NCBI GenBank assembly: GCA_040753435.1
Contig: JBFMEN010000058.1
Span: forward strand, 18,817-82,816
Direction of reading: 5' to 3'
DNA: 64,000 bases
Origin: Candidatus Omnitrophota bacterium
Lineage (GTDB): Bacteria; Omnitrophota; Gorgyraeia; Zapsychrales; JANLHA01
Of this stretch, positions 9,779 to 17,846 are shown in pieces. Within the stretch, counting starts at the first letter, position 1. Every line of letters begins with the position of its first letter. The notes under the pieces were generated by a model. The model saw nothing but the letters and a program-made list of their open reading frames with translations, was not told the origin of the DNA and searched no databases. Position numbers and translations under genes: made by a program.

Positions 9779-10765
9779 ATGGATTTGACTACAGTGTATA
9801 TGGGGCTTAATTTAAAGAACCCTTTAGTAGTTTCATCGTCCCCACTGACAAAAGAGTTCGATAACTTCAAAAAATTGGAAGATGCCGGTGTTTCAGCCAT
9901 TGTCTGTCATTCCATTTTTGAAGAGCAGATCTCCGAGGAAATCCGGGAACTTAACCGCAATCTTATTAATGGTACGGAGAGTTTTGCGGAAGCGTTAAGT
10001 TATTTTCCAGAGCCCCAGGAATTCAAGCTGGGACCGGATGATTATCTTGAAATGATACGAAAGGCAAAAGCGCAATTAAGCATTCCTGTGATTGGAAGCC
10101 TGAACGGACATACTGCCGGAGGATGGGTAGATTATGCCAGAAAGATTGAAGAGGCCGGGGCTGACGCAATTGAACTGAATGTTTTCTTTCTGCCGACGAG
10201 GGTTGAGACAACTCCGGATGATGTTGAGCGCAATTATGAAAAGATCGTTCATGATGTCAAGGCCAATGTAAAGATCCCGGTTGCCGTCAAAATGTCCCCT
10301 TACTTCAGCGCGCTGGCGAACATGGCGAAATCTCTTGTGGACGAGGGGGCCGATGCCCTGGTCCTTTTTAACCGGTTTTATCAACCGGATATCGATATTG
10401 AGACGCTGGAAGTTGATCCCAAAGTTATGTTAAGCACGCCATATGATTTGCTCCAGCCGCTTCGCTGGATCGGCATTCTTTATGGCCAGGTGAACGCCAG
10501 TTTCGCCGCAACCGGGGGAATTCATACCGCCCGGGATCTCATTAAAGTGATTATGGCAGGCGCCGATGCAGGAATGATGTGCTCGGCATTATTGGAGAAT
10601 GGAATCCGGCATGCCGCAACAGTGTTGAAGGAATTGAGCGAGTGGATGACCCGCCACGATTATGATTCCGTAAGGGGTATGAAAGGTGTTATGAGCCAGC
10701 AGAAATGCGCCCATCCGGAAGCCTTTGAACGCGCAAATTATATGAAGGTGCTTCAGAGTTATTAA
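9779..10765 (+). CDS. dihydroorotate-dehydrogenase-like FMN protein (PFOR-associated type)
   Basis: LKNPLVVSSSP, DAIELN, VAVKMSPYF, LFNRFYQPD, ATGGIH, FERANYMKVL. Confidence 0.85.
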   Translation: MDLTTVYMGLNLKNPLVVSSSPLTKEFDNFKKLEDAGVSAIVCHSIFEEQISEEIRELNRNLINGTESFAEALSYFPEPQEFKLGPDDYLEMIRKAKAQLSIPVIGSLNGHTAGGWVDYARKIEEAGADAIELNVFFLPTRVETTPDDVERNYEKIVHDVKANVKIPVAVKMSPYFSALANMAKSLVDEGADALVLFNRFYQPDIDIETLEVDPKVMLSTPYDLLQPLRWIGILYGQVNASFAATGGIHTARDLIKVIMAGADAGMMCSALLENGIRHAATVLKELSEWMTRHDYDSVRGMKGVMSQQKCAHPEAFERANYMKVLQSY

Positions 10766-10909
10766 GTTACATCTTTTTACACGCGTTACACCAGCGGCAA
10801 AGATCCAATAATTAAAGAAGAAGATGCTGAATCGTATCTGGAATTTGCTTCCTTGAATTATTTCAAGGAGTGGGGCAGGTACGGTCGCAGTAATTTAAAC
10901 GTTATGACA

Positions 10910-10938
10910 GGCGGGTTCCCAAGACCCGCCCTTCTTGT
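10910..10938 (+). terminator. possible intrinsic terminator
   Basis: GGCGGGTT...GACCCGCC stem followed by CTTCTTGT. Confidence 0.45.
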
Positions 10939-11047
10939 TGTGGGAAAAAACCTGATTTGAAAATGATCTTGAAAATTTTGCCTGATGCTTAAGAAGATAA
11001 AGAGTTTGTGTTAAAATGAACGCATACTTACAGAGAAAGAAGGGCCC

Positions 11048-13297
11048 ATGTCTCAGCGTTTTCGGCGGGAGATGCTTTCATTTCTGTTAGGTTTTTCCGC
11101 GATCATCATACAGACAATATTATTGCGCGTTTTCCAGACGGTATTTTATGGAAATGAGCTTTCCTATGCTGTTCTTTTGGGGTTCTGGCTTTTATGGGTC
11201 TCTTTTGGGAGTTTTCTTGCGACCCTTGTTTTTTCCAGCAATAAAGCGCCCGGCTCTCTTTGCATTTTATCATTCCTTGCCCTGGCCATGTCCGCGCCGG
11301 CTGTTATTTTCGGCGTCCGTTTTATTCATCCCGTCCTGAATATTTCTCAAGGAGAAATGATCGGCGTTCTGCCCATGGTTATTTCCGCGTTACTGGTAAC
11401 GGCGCCGGTGGGTTTTATTGTCGGCGCTATTTTTGTTTTGTTATGCCTGCAAAGTGGGCGATCTGAAGATTCAAAAGGGCTGGATCCTTCTTTCGTTTAC
11501 TTTCATGAATCTTGCGGCAGCGCGATAGGCGGCGCATTGGTGTCATTGATCTTGTTGCGTCTTTTGACCCCTGTCAGGAGCATGTTATTGTTATCGACCT
11601 TGATGGTTGCCGTCATTTTTGTATCATTGAAAAAAATGGAGGGCATCAAATGGGTAATGATCGCCGTTATATTTTTTCTGGCAAGTTTTCTGATATTGGA
11701 CTTTACTGTTGATCTCGATTTTCTTTCACAAGAGAAGCAATGGCCTTATGGTAAACTTGTGGCCGCTGAAGATTCTCCTTATGCCGGCATTGCCGTTGTC
11801 GAACTGGAAGGAGCGATGAGCGTTTTTCAGAATGGCGTGTTAAGCTTCACGACGAATGATTTTCTTTCCGCGGAAGAAAATGTCCACTTTCCATTGCTTG
11901 TGTATCCGGATCCGCAACGTGTCCTGTTAATAGGAGGCGGGCTTGGAGGTGAAATAGAAGAAATCCTCAAGCATCCGGACGTTTTGCTGGATTATGTGGA
12001 AATTGACCGGGAGATGGTCGATGTGGTGAAACTTTATTTGCCGAGGCCGGAATTTCTTAAGAATCCAAGGGTTCGGATTTATTATCAGGATCCAAGAAAT
12101 TTTATCAGAACAACATCGTCGATATATGATGTGGTGATCGTGAACGCCGGGGATCCTTTGACGGCGGGAACGAACAGGTTTTACACTCTTGAATTTTTGA
12201 CGGAACTGGATCGGGTTCTTGCGGTCGGCGGAATCGCCGGCTTTCGTGTTTCTTCTTCCGAGAATTATTTAAGCGACGAAAATTTATTATTTCTCCGGAC
12301 ATTATTTTCCACCTTTAAAAAAGTTTTCCCCGAAGTCCGTTCCATTCCCGGAGCAACCCATACTTTTCTGGTTTCGAATCTTGAAGATCGTATCGTTTTG
12401 GATGAAGACCAGCTTTCAAGTCAGCTCGCTATTCGCCAAATCAACAATCGATATGTTAATGAAAATACGCTTCCGTTTATTTTAGATGAGCGGCGGATTC
12501 AACAGATGGAAAAACTGTTGAAGTCAGAAGAAGGCCTGATCAACCGCGACCTTTTTCCCCGCGGCTATTTGTTTAATATTCTTTTGTGGTCGACTCATTT
12601 TAACGATGGTCTCAAGAAATTAGTCGTTTCTGTCCAGGCAACGCCCTCCTGGGCGTTAATTGCAATTGTTTCCATGATCTTGCTATCCGCCGGTTTTTTC
12701 TCGGCGAAAAAAAACCGTACCGGTGGAATAGATCTCGCTGTTACTGTTACAGGTTTTTCTGAAATTGTTTTTGAAATTGTTGTGATCCTGTCATTTCAAT
12801 CGCTTTACGGAATTGCTTACGAAAAGATCGGTCTGATTCTGGCGTCTTTTATGCTCGGACTGGTCGCCGGGGCGAGAAAATCCGCTTTTATGAATGCGGG
12901 CGACAAAGAGGAACTCATTGCCGTGTTCAGAAAACTTCAATTTGGAATTATAATTTATCCGCTTCTGTTGCCTGTCATTTTTGTCATATTCAGGGATATG
13001 AGGACAGCGCAAATGTTACCGTCGGTATTCATGTTTCTTTTCACGCTGATTCCGTTTATTGCCGGATTTTTAGGAGGAGCTCAGTATCCCGTAGCCATCG
13101 CCTTGAAGAAAAAAATAGCCGGTGAAACCGAAATGAAGAGCGCCGGATTTCTTTACGCGCTTGATGTTTTGGGAGCGGCCCTGGGCGCACTTCTAACCGG
13201 TGTTTTCTTGATTCCTCTCTTTGGAATTACCGCTGTTTGTGTTCTCTGCTCTTTCATGAGCGCCATCGTTTATTTATTTATCCCTGGAAAAAAGTAG
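11048..13297 (+). CDS. membrane-fused spermidine-synthase-like (class I SAM-binding) protein
   Basis: TM bundles at both ends; central SPY, EENVH, VLLIGGGLGG, VEID, NRFYTLEF motifs. Confidence 0.85.
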   Translation: MSQRFRREMLSFLLGFSAIIIQTILLRVFQTVFYGNELSYAVLLGFWLLWVSFGSFLATLVFSSNKAPGSLCILSFLALAMSAPAVIFGVRFIHPVLNISQGEMIGVLPMVISALLVTAPVGFIVGAIFVLLCLQSGRSEDSKGLDPSFVYFHESCGSAIGGALVSLILLRLLTPVRSMLLLSTLMVAVIFVSLKKMEGIKWVMIAVIFFLASFLILDFTVDLDFLSQEKQWPYGKLVAAEDSPYAGIAVVELEGAMSVFQNGVLSFTTNDFLSAEENVHFPLLVYPDPQRVLLIGGGLGGEIEEILKHPDVLLDYVEIDREMVDVVKLYLPRPEFLKNPRVRIYYQDPRNFIRTTSSIYDVVIVNAGDPLTAGTNRFYTLEFLTELDRVLAVGGIAGFRVSSSENYLSDENLLFLRTLFSTFKKVFPEVRSIPGATHTFLVSNLEDRIVLDEDQLSSQLAIRQINNRYVNENTLPFILDERRIQQMEKLLKSEEGLINRDLFPRGYLFNILLWSTHFNDGLKKLVVSVQATPSWALIAIVSMILLSAGFFSAKKNRTGGIDLAVTVTGFSEIVFEIVVILSFQSLYGIAYEKIGLILASFMLGLVAGARKSAFMNAGDKEELIAVFRKLQFGIIIYPLLLPVIFVIFRDMRTAQMLPSVFMFLFTLIPFIAGFLGGAQYPVAIALKKKIAGETEMKSAGFLYALDVLGAALGALLTGVFLIPLFGITAVCVLCSFMSAIVYLFIPGKK

Positions 13298-13390
13298 AAA
13301 TCCGTCTATAAATCAATACCTTCCGATAATATTGTTTCATGAAGGATGCCGTATAATTATTTTGAATAAAAATAAGAAGGAGCAGGCCGA

Positions 13391-14965
13391 ATGAAAGCGA
13401 GAAGGATCCTTGCAATTGGAATTGTGGCGTCTATTTTGTTAAGCCTTCCGCTGTTAGCGGCGCTTTTTATCGGCGAGCATTGGCGCCTTTTTTCATTTGT
13501 TCCTTTTGATATTTTTGATTGGTTGAGCAGGGTTATTCCCGGATACGTCATTACCGTTGTCATTGATGCGATGGTGCGTTTTATCGCGTTTTTTAATGTC
13601 GGACCTACGGATATAGCGGCGAAGATTATTGAACAATTGATGGGTATCGGTATTTTTATTTTTTTATTGGCCATCATCGGGTTTTTAAATACATGGGGAG
13701 TCATTCGTTTTTCGAAAAAAACCTTCTGGATTGGATTATGCTCAGGTCTTTTTTTATCATTTGCCTTGATTCCAATTCAATTGTTTCTGCGGTCTCCGAT
13801 GAGTGAAAATTTCTCGACCGCGTTTGCCCTGGTGATATGGGCCATCGTGCATGCTTTCTTTGTCCGACAAATCATTTCAGTCCAGAAACCGTTAACATGG
13901 TTGGCAGGATTGACGGGCTTTTCTGTATTGCTGGCGGGTACACTGATGATCGCGGGAAGGGCAATTCCGGCGGGTCCCGAAGGTTTAGCAATGGCAGACA
14001 GGCCTTTGAATGAGGTGCGCCCTTCAACAGAGGCTTTTGGAGTCATGAAAGCGGCCGCCTCGGCAGCGCAACGTTCCGGGATTTTCCCCGTTCCCGGAAC
14101 CAGAGAGGAAATCACGCCCAATGAAAAATTTTTCCGCATTGATATCAACACCCTGCCTCCCAGAATTAATCTTGGCAAATGGAAGGTTCGCGTTGAAGGC
14201 CTTTTTACCCGTGCCCGCGACCTTGCATTTGAGGACCTGATGAAGTATCCGGAAGTGACAGTAGCGGCGACTCTTTCCTGTATTTCCAATCCTGTTGGAG
14301 GGGACTTGATCAGCACCGGATTCTTTACCGGGGTCCGTTTGATTGATGTGCTTAAAGACCTTGGAATTCGAAAGGAAGCGAAGGCATTGGAGATCAGGGC
14401 CGAGGACGGTTATTATGAAACGGTAGTGTACGAGGACATGATCGATCCGCGTACACTCTTGGTTTACGGACTCAACGGAAAAACATTGTCGGTTGAACAA
14501 GGGTTTCCTCTCCGTATTTTTATTGCCAATCGTTATGGGATGAAGCAGCCGAAATGGATCACGCAGATTAAGGCCGTTGAAACTATTGATGAGGGATATT
14601 GGGTGGAAAGAGGATGGAGCTTTGAAGCGCATCCTCAAACAGTATCCGTTATTGATATTATCGTAAAAACCGCTCAATCTGACGGCACAATTCCGATCGG
14701 AGGGATAGCGTGGGCCGGTGACAGAGGGATCCAGAAGGTCGAAATTCAGATTGACGGGGGGGAGTGGACTGAGGTTAAACTCCTGAATCCGCCGCTGAGT
14801 CCGCTTGCATGGGTTTTATGGCGATATGACTGGCCATTTCAGCCAGGAAGACATACCTTTCGCGTCAGAGCTGTAGATGGAACCGGCAAAATACAGGCTG
14901 AAAATCGAAGCGATCCTCATCCCGCCGGTGCTACCGGATATCATCAAATCGAAATGACGTTTTAA
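13391..14965 (+). CDS. sulfite-oxidase/MsrP-family molybdopterin oxidoreductase with N-terminal TM domain
   Basis: ITPNEKFF, LSCISN (Mo-ligand Cys), GFPLR, YGMKQPKWI, GYWVERGW, C-terminal Ig-like RAVDGTG. Confidence 0.88.
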   Translation: MKARRILAIGIVASILLSLPLLAALFIGEHWRLFSFVPFDIFDWLSRVIPGYVITVVIDAMVRFIAFFNVGPTDIAAKIIEQLMGIGIFIFLLAIIGFLNTWGVIRFSKKTFWIGLCSGLFLSFALIPIQLFLRSPMSENFSTAFALVIWAIVHAFFVRQIISVQKPLTWLAGLTGFSVLLAGTLMIAGRAIPAGPEGLAMADRPLNEVRPSTEAFGVMKAAASAAQRSGIFPVPGTREEITPNEKFFRIDINTLPPRINLGKWKVRVEGLFTRARDLAFEDLMKYPEVTVAATLSCISNPVGGDLISTGFFTGVRLIDVLKDLGIRKEAKALEIRAEDGYYETVVYEDMIDPRTLLVYGLNGKTLSVEQGFPLRIFIANRYGMKQPKWITQIKAVETIDEGYWVERGWSFEAHPQTVSVIDIIVKTAQSDGTIPIGGIAWAGDRGIQKVEIQIDGGEWTEVKLLNPPLSPLAWVLWRYDWPFQPGRHTFRVRAVDGTGKIQAENRSDPHPAGATGYHQIEMTF

Positions 14966-15014
14966 TTTGGAAGTCTTTTCCGAATTCCCCCCGGGTTTTT
15001 TATGGATTTGCCCC

Positions 15015-15088
15015 AGAAAATAGCGGAACTCCAATCATCAAAAAATGAATAATGTGTCTATGATATCTCACGAAAGGAGGTGGTGTTT
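15015..15088 (+). promoter_or_regulatory. duplicated 5' region, copy 1
   Basis: AGAAAATAGCGG...CATCA.AAAAT...TATGATATCT..CGAAAGG.GGTGGT, shared with 16356-16430. Confidence 0.7.
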
Positions 15089-15268
15089 ATGGATAAGAGA
15101 AAAGATCCCAAGGCAAAACCTGTCAAAGAAATTAAACAGAAATCGCTGGAATGCGAGCCGGATGATGATGATTGCGAACCTTTTTTTGATACCGAAATTA
15201 CGGAAGTTAAAGAGGAATATCATAAAGAATACCACGAGCATGATGATTATGAGGATTTGGAAGAATAA
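15089..15268 (+). CDS. small basic-N/acidic-C protein, paralog 1 (59 aa)
   Basis: Strong SD AAAGGAGGTG; MDKRKDPKAK...HDDYEDLEE. Confidence 0.7.
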   Translation: MDKRKDPKAKPVKEIKQKSLECEPDDDDCEPFFDTEITEVKEEYHKEYHEHDDYEDLEE

Positions 15269-15305
15269 ATAAAAATTATTATTTTAACAACAAAGGAGGT
15301 TAACC

Positions 15306-16253
15306 GTGCCAGATGTAGTGAGTCTTATTTCATGGGGAGCGATTTTTGCTGGTGTTGTTTTGATCCTGGCGTTTCAATTTATGTTTTCAGTGCTTGATTT
15401 GGCCCTGGGACTTTCCAGGATTAAACCGGCGGAAAACGGAAAAGAGGCGGGAAAAGTTTTAAAAGGAACGGCCATCGGCTGGATTATCGGGAGTTTGGTT
15501 GCCGTTTTTCTGGGAACATGGGTCACTGGAAGTTTAACGGGAGATATTTCTCCGTTTGATGCCATGCTTCATGGTGTTGTGGTATGGGGATTGACGGTGG
15601 TGATTGGAGCCTTTATTATTTCAAGCGCCGCCGGGACAATGCTTGGGGGAGCCATGGGCCTGTTGATGAGCAGCATTACTTCTGCCGCGCGTGCCGCACG
15701 CAAAGCGATTCACGGGGCGGTACCGCAAATTCAGGAATCGGTTCAGGAGAGAGGCGGGATTGAACAGCAATGGGCTAAGATGCGCTCTCAAATTGAAGAA
15801 ATTCTGAGAGAAACTGGAAAACCGGAACTTCAACCGGAGCACATGAAAGCCCAGGTTCAGGCGGAAGCGCAACGGACAAAGGCTCAGGGACAACAAGCAT
15901 CCCAGGACCCCCAGCAAATTCGTCAGGAATTGGAATCGGCTTTAAAAAGGATTCTGGAAGAAGGAGTTAAAACCACCCGTGGAGTTGACAAAGAAGCAAT
16001 AGCCAATGTCATCGAAAAACAAACGCATATGAGCCATGAGAAGGCTCAATCCACGGCTGATCGATGGGTATCGACTTACGAGCAGACAATTCCCAAGGTC
16101 CAGGAAAAGGTTGAGATGGCCAAGGAAAAAGCGGAAGAGGCTGCACAAAAGACTTCTGAAGTGGTCAGCAGTGCAGCGAAATGGTCCTTTGTGATGCTTT
16201 TTTTAACATTAATTATTGCCGCTTTAGGCAGTTGGGTCGGAACTTTAACCTGA
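15306..16253 (+). CDS. membrane protein with helical/coiled-coil central region (YrzE-like N-terminus; possible stress protein)
   Basis: ISWGAIFAG, HGVVVWG motifs; Q/E/K-rich helices; C-terminal TM; AAGGAGGT SD with GTG start. Confidence 0.65.
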   Translation: MPDVVSLISWGAIFAGVVLILAFQFMFSVLDLALGLSRIKPAENGKEAGKVLKGTAIGWIIGSLVAVFLGTWVTGSLTGDISPFDAMLHGVVVWGLTVVIGAFIISSAAGTMLGGAMGLLMSSITSAARAARKAIHGAVPQIQESVQERGGIEQQWAKMRSQIEEILRETGKPELQPEHMKAQVQAEAQRTKAQGQQASQDPQQIRQELESALKRILEEGVKTTRGVDKEAIANVIEKQTHMSHEKAQSTADRWVSTYEQTIPKVQEKVEMAKEKAEEAAQKTSEVVSSAAKWSFVMLFLTLIIAALGSWVGTLT

Positions 16254-16264
16254 GACTGATATAT

Positions 16265-16309
16265 AGCGGACAATTTCAGTTTAAGAAATCATGAATTGTC
16301 CGCTTTTTT
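16265..16309 (+). terminator. intrinsic terminator
   Basis: AGCGGACAATT...AATTGTCCGCT stem plus T run directly after the CDS. Confidence 0.7.
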
Positions 16310-16355
16310 ATAATTTGTCAATGCCTCTTTGAAATTCGTTTTGGGGACTTTTAAT

Positions 16356-16430
16356 AGAAAATAGCGGCATGAGGAACATCACAAAATAATGTTTCGTGAA
16401 TATGATATCTGGCGAAAGGGGGTGGTCATA
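16356..16430 (+). promoter_or_regulatory. duplicated 5' region, copy 2
   Basis: Same blocks and near-identical spacing to the start codon (75 vs 74 nt) as 15015-15088. Confidence 0.7.
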
Positions 16431-16574
16431 GTGGATAGAAAAAATGAAAGGCAGAAGGAAAATAAGAAGAAAAAGAAAGAGGTTTCCGATGACTATGAGG
16501 ATTGGAAAGCTGTTTATGGGAATGAAAGCTATGCTAATCCCGATGATTTTGCTGAATATGAAGAGGAAGAGTAG
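16431..16574 (+). CDS. small basic-N/acidic-C protein, paralog 2 (47 aa)
   Basis: SD AAAGGGGGTGG, GTG start; MDRKNERQKENKKKKKEVSDDYEDW...EYEEEE. Confidence 0.65.
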   Translation: MDRKNERQKENKKKKKEVSDDYEDWKAVYGNESYANPDDFAEYEEEE

Positions 16575-16607
16575 GAACTTAAGAATTTAAACGATCCGTT
16601 TTCCGTA

Positions 16608-16772
16608 TCAACCTGCTAAATCGTCAGCTTGGCGATAAAATTTTGCGTGATGAAATTTGCTTTTCGCTGGCAGCCGGTCATTTAAAAAATGACCAAAGAT
16701 TTTTTCCACGTAAAGCGCTGCGGCACAAGCCGTAAATTTCAAAAGAGTTTTTAAGAATTCTCGACGTGTCAT
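16608..16772 (-). CDS. 54-aa twin-arginine (Tat) signal peptide protein (not in ORF track)
   Basis: Hand-translated MTRREFLKTLLKFTACAAALYVEKIFGHFLNDRLPAKSKFHHAKFYRQADDLAG; exact T-R-R-x-F-L-K consensus; same strand as and downstream of the radical SAM gene; no strong SD. Confidence 0.75.
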   Translation of the reverse strand: MTRREFLKTLLKFTACAAALYVEKIFGHFLNDRLPAKSKFHHAKFYRQADDLAG

Positions 16773-16797
16773 AATATGATTTTTATTAGATTAGATT

Positions 16798-16868
16798 GCA
16801 GGACGCATGACACAAGACACATGAAAAAATTGGGTTTTGTGTCCTGTGTCGTGAGTCCTGTCGCTTGT
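16798..16868. repeat. heptamer-repeat inverted hairpin (unit ~RCAnGAC)
   Basis: GCAGGAC-GCATGAC-ACAAGAC-ACATGAA ... GTTTTGT-GTCCTGT-GTCGTGA-GTCCTGT-CGCTTGT. Confidence 0.75.
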
Positions 16869-17846
16869 TCACTTCCATATCCCCGGAATTTTTTCACCGC
16901 AGTTTCCGCAACGGCCTTCAACGATATTATTTTGTAAAATCCTGAATCCCGCCCGCTCAATTAATATTTTTTTGCAAGAAGGACAATACGTGCTGTTGCC
17001 CGCATGGCCCGGAATGTTTCCGACATAAACGTATTTAAGACCGGTTTCTCTGCCGATCTCCCATGCCCTGTCGAGAATTGAGGTCGGCGTGGGCGGGAGA
17101 TTTTTGAGCTGATGCATCGGCCAGAATTTAGAAAAGTGAAGAGGGGTATCTTCACCGCAGTAATCCTTTACCCATTTGCACAGGTCTCTGATATCGGTTT
17201 CACGGTCGTTCCATGTCGGGACAACCAAATTAGTGATTTCGACCCAAACATGATTTTTTTTCATAGTGATGATGGCATCTTGCACTGGTTTGAGACTGGC
17301 CTGACTCATTCGTTGATAGAATTGGTCAGTGATGCCTTTCAAGTCAACATTGGCTGCATGAACATGAGGGCATAAATCAATCAGCGGTTGTTGATTAATA
17401 TAACCGGCAGTGACAAGGACGTTCAGTATTCCTGAGATATTTGCTAGTTTGCTTGTATCGTAGGTGTATTCATAAAAAACCACAGGATCCGAATAGGTGT
17501 AGGCGATGGAGCGACAGCGTTCGGATAAGGCGGCCTGGACAGTTTGTTCCGGAGATAAATTATAATTGGTGAGCGCTTCAGGGGGTTGCTGGGAAATCTG
17601 CCAGTTTTGACAGTACTTGCAATGCAAGTTACATCCGGCTGTAGCAATTGAAAACGAAGAAGAGCCGGGCAGGACATGAAAAAGAGGCTTTTTTTCAATA
17701 GGGTCCACATGAATGGAGCAAGGGCTTCCGTATACGAGGGTTTGCAGTTTTCCGTCAAGGTTCAGCCGTACTCTGCAATCCCCACGCTGTCCGGGTTTTA
17801 ACCGGCAAGCCCTTGGACAAAGGAGACATTCAATCGTTTTCTTCAT
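16869..17846 (-). CDS. amrS: AmmeMemoRadiSam-system-type radical SAM enzyme (AmrS-like)
   Basis: CLLCPRAC..GDC, DPIEKKPLFH, GCNLHCKYCQNW, PLHFS, YVYVGNIPG, CPSC..CGNC. Confidence 0.88.
   Translation of the reverse strand: MKKTIECLLCPRACRLKPGQRGDCRVRLNLDGKLQTLVYGSPCSIHVDPIEKKPLFHVLPGSSSFSIATAGCNLHCKYCQNWQISQQPPEALTNYNLSPEQTVQAALSERCRSIAYTYSDPVVFYEYTYDTSKLANISGILNVLVTAGYINQQPLIDLCPHVHAANVDLKGITDQFYQRMSQASLKPVQDAIITMKKNHVWVEITNLVVPTWNDRETDIRDLCKWVKDYCGEDTPLHFSKFWPMHQLKNLPPTPTSILDRAWEIGRETGLKYVYVGNIPGHAGNSTYCPSCKKILIERAGFRILQNNIVEGRCGNCGEKIPGIWK

Noticed and set aside
10766-11047. SAM riboswitch before the spermidine-synthase-like gene (also checked upstream of metF)
   Set aside because: No SAM-I/II core motifs recognised in either region.
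13777-14677. 179-aa and 217-aa antisense ORFs
   Set aside because: Shadows of the molybdo-oxidoreductase with no motifs; the same applies to the other nested antisense ORFs such as 55551-56159 and 58619-59203.
15045-15272. 75-aa alternative-frame ORF over micro-protein 1
   Set aside because: Lacks an SD; the 15089 frame has a strong SD and a paralog.
16769-16960. 63-aa minus-strand ORF from the track
   Set aside because: Overlaps the amrS 3' end out of frame and runs through the heptamer hairpin (TTQDTK is repeat-derived); the Tat ORF at 16608-16772 is more credible.
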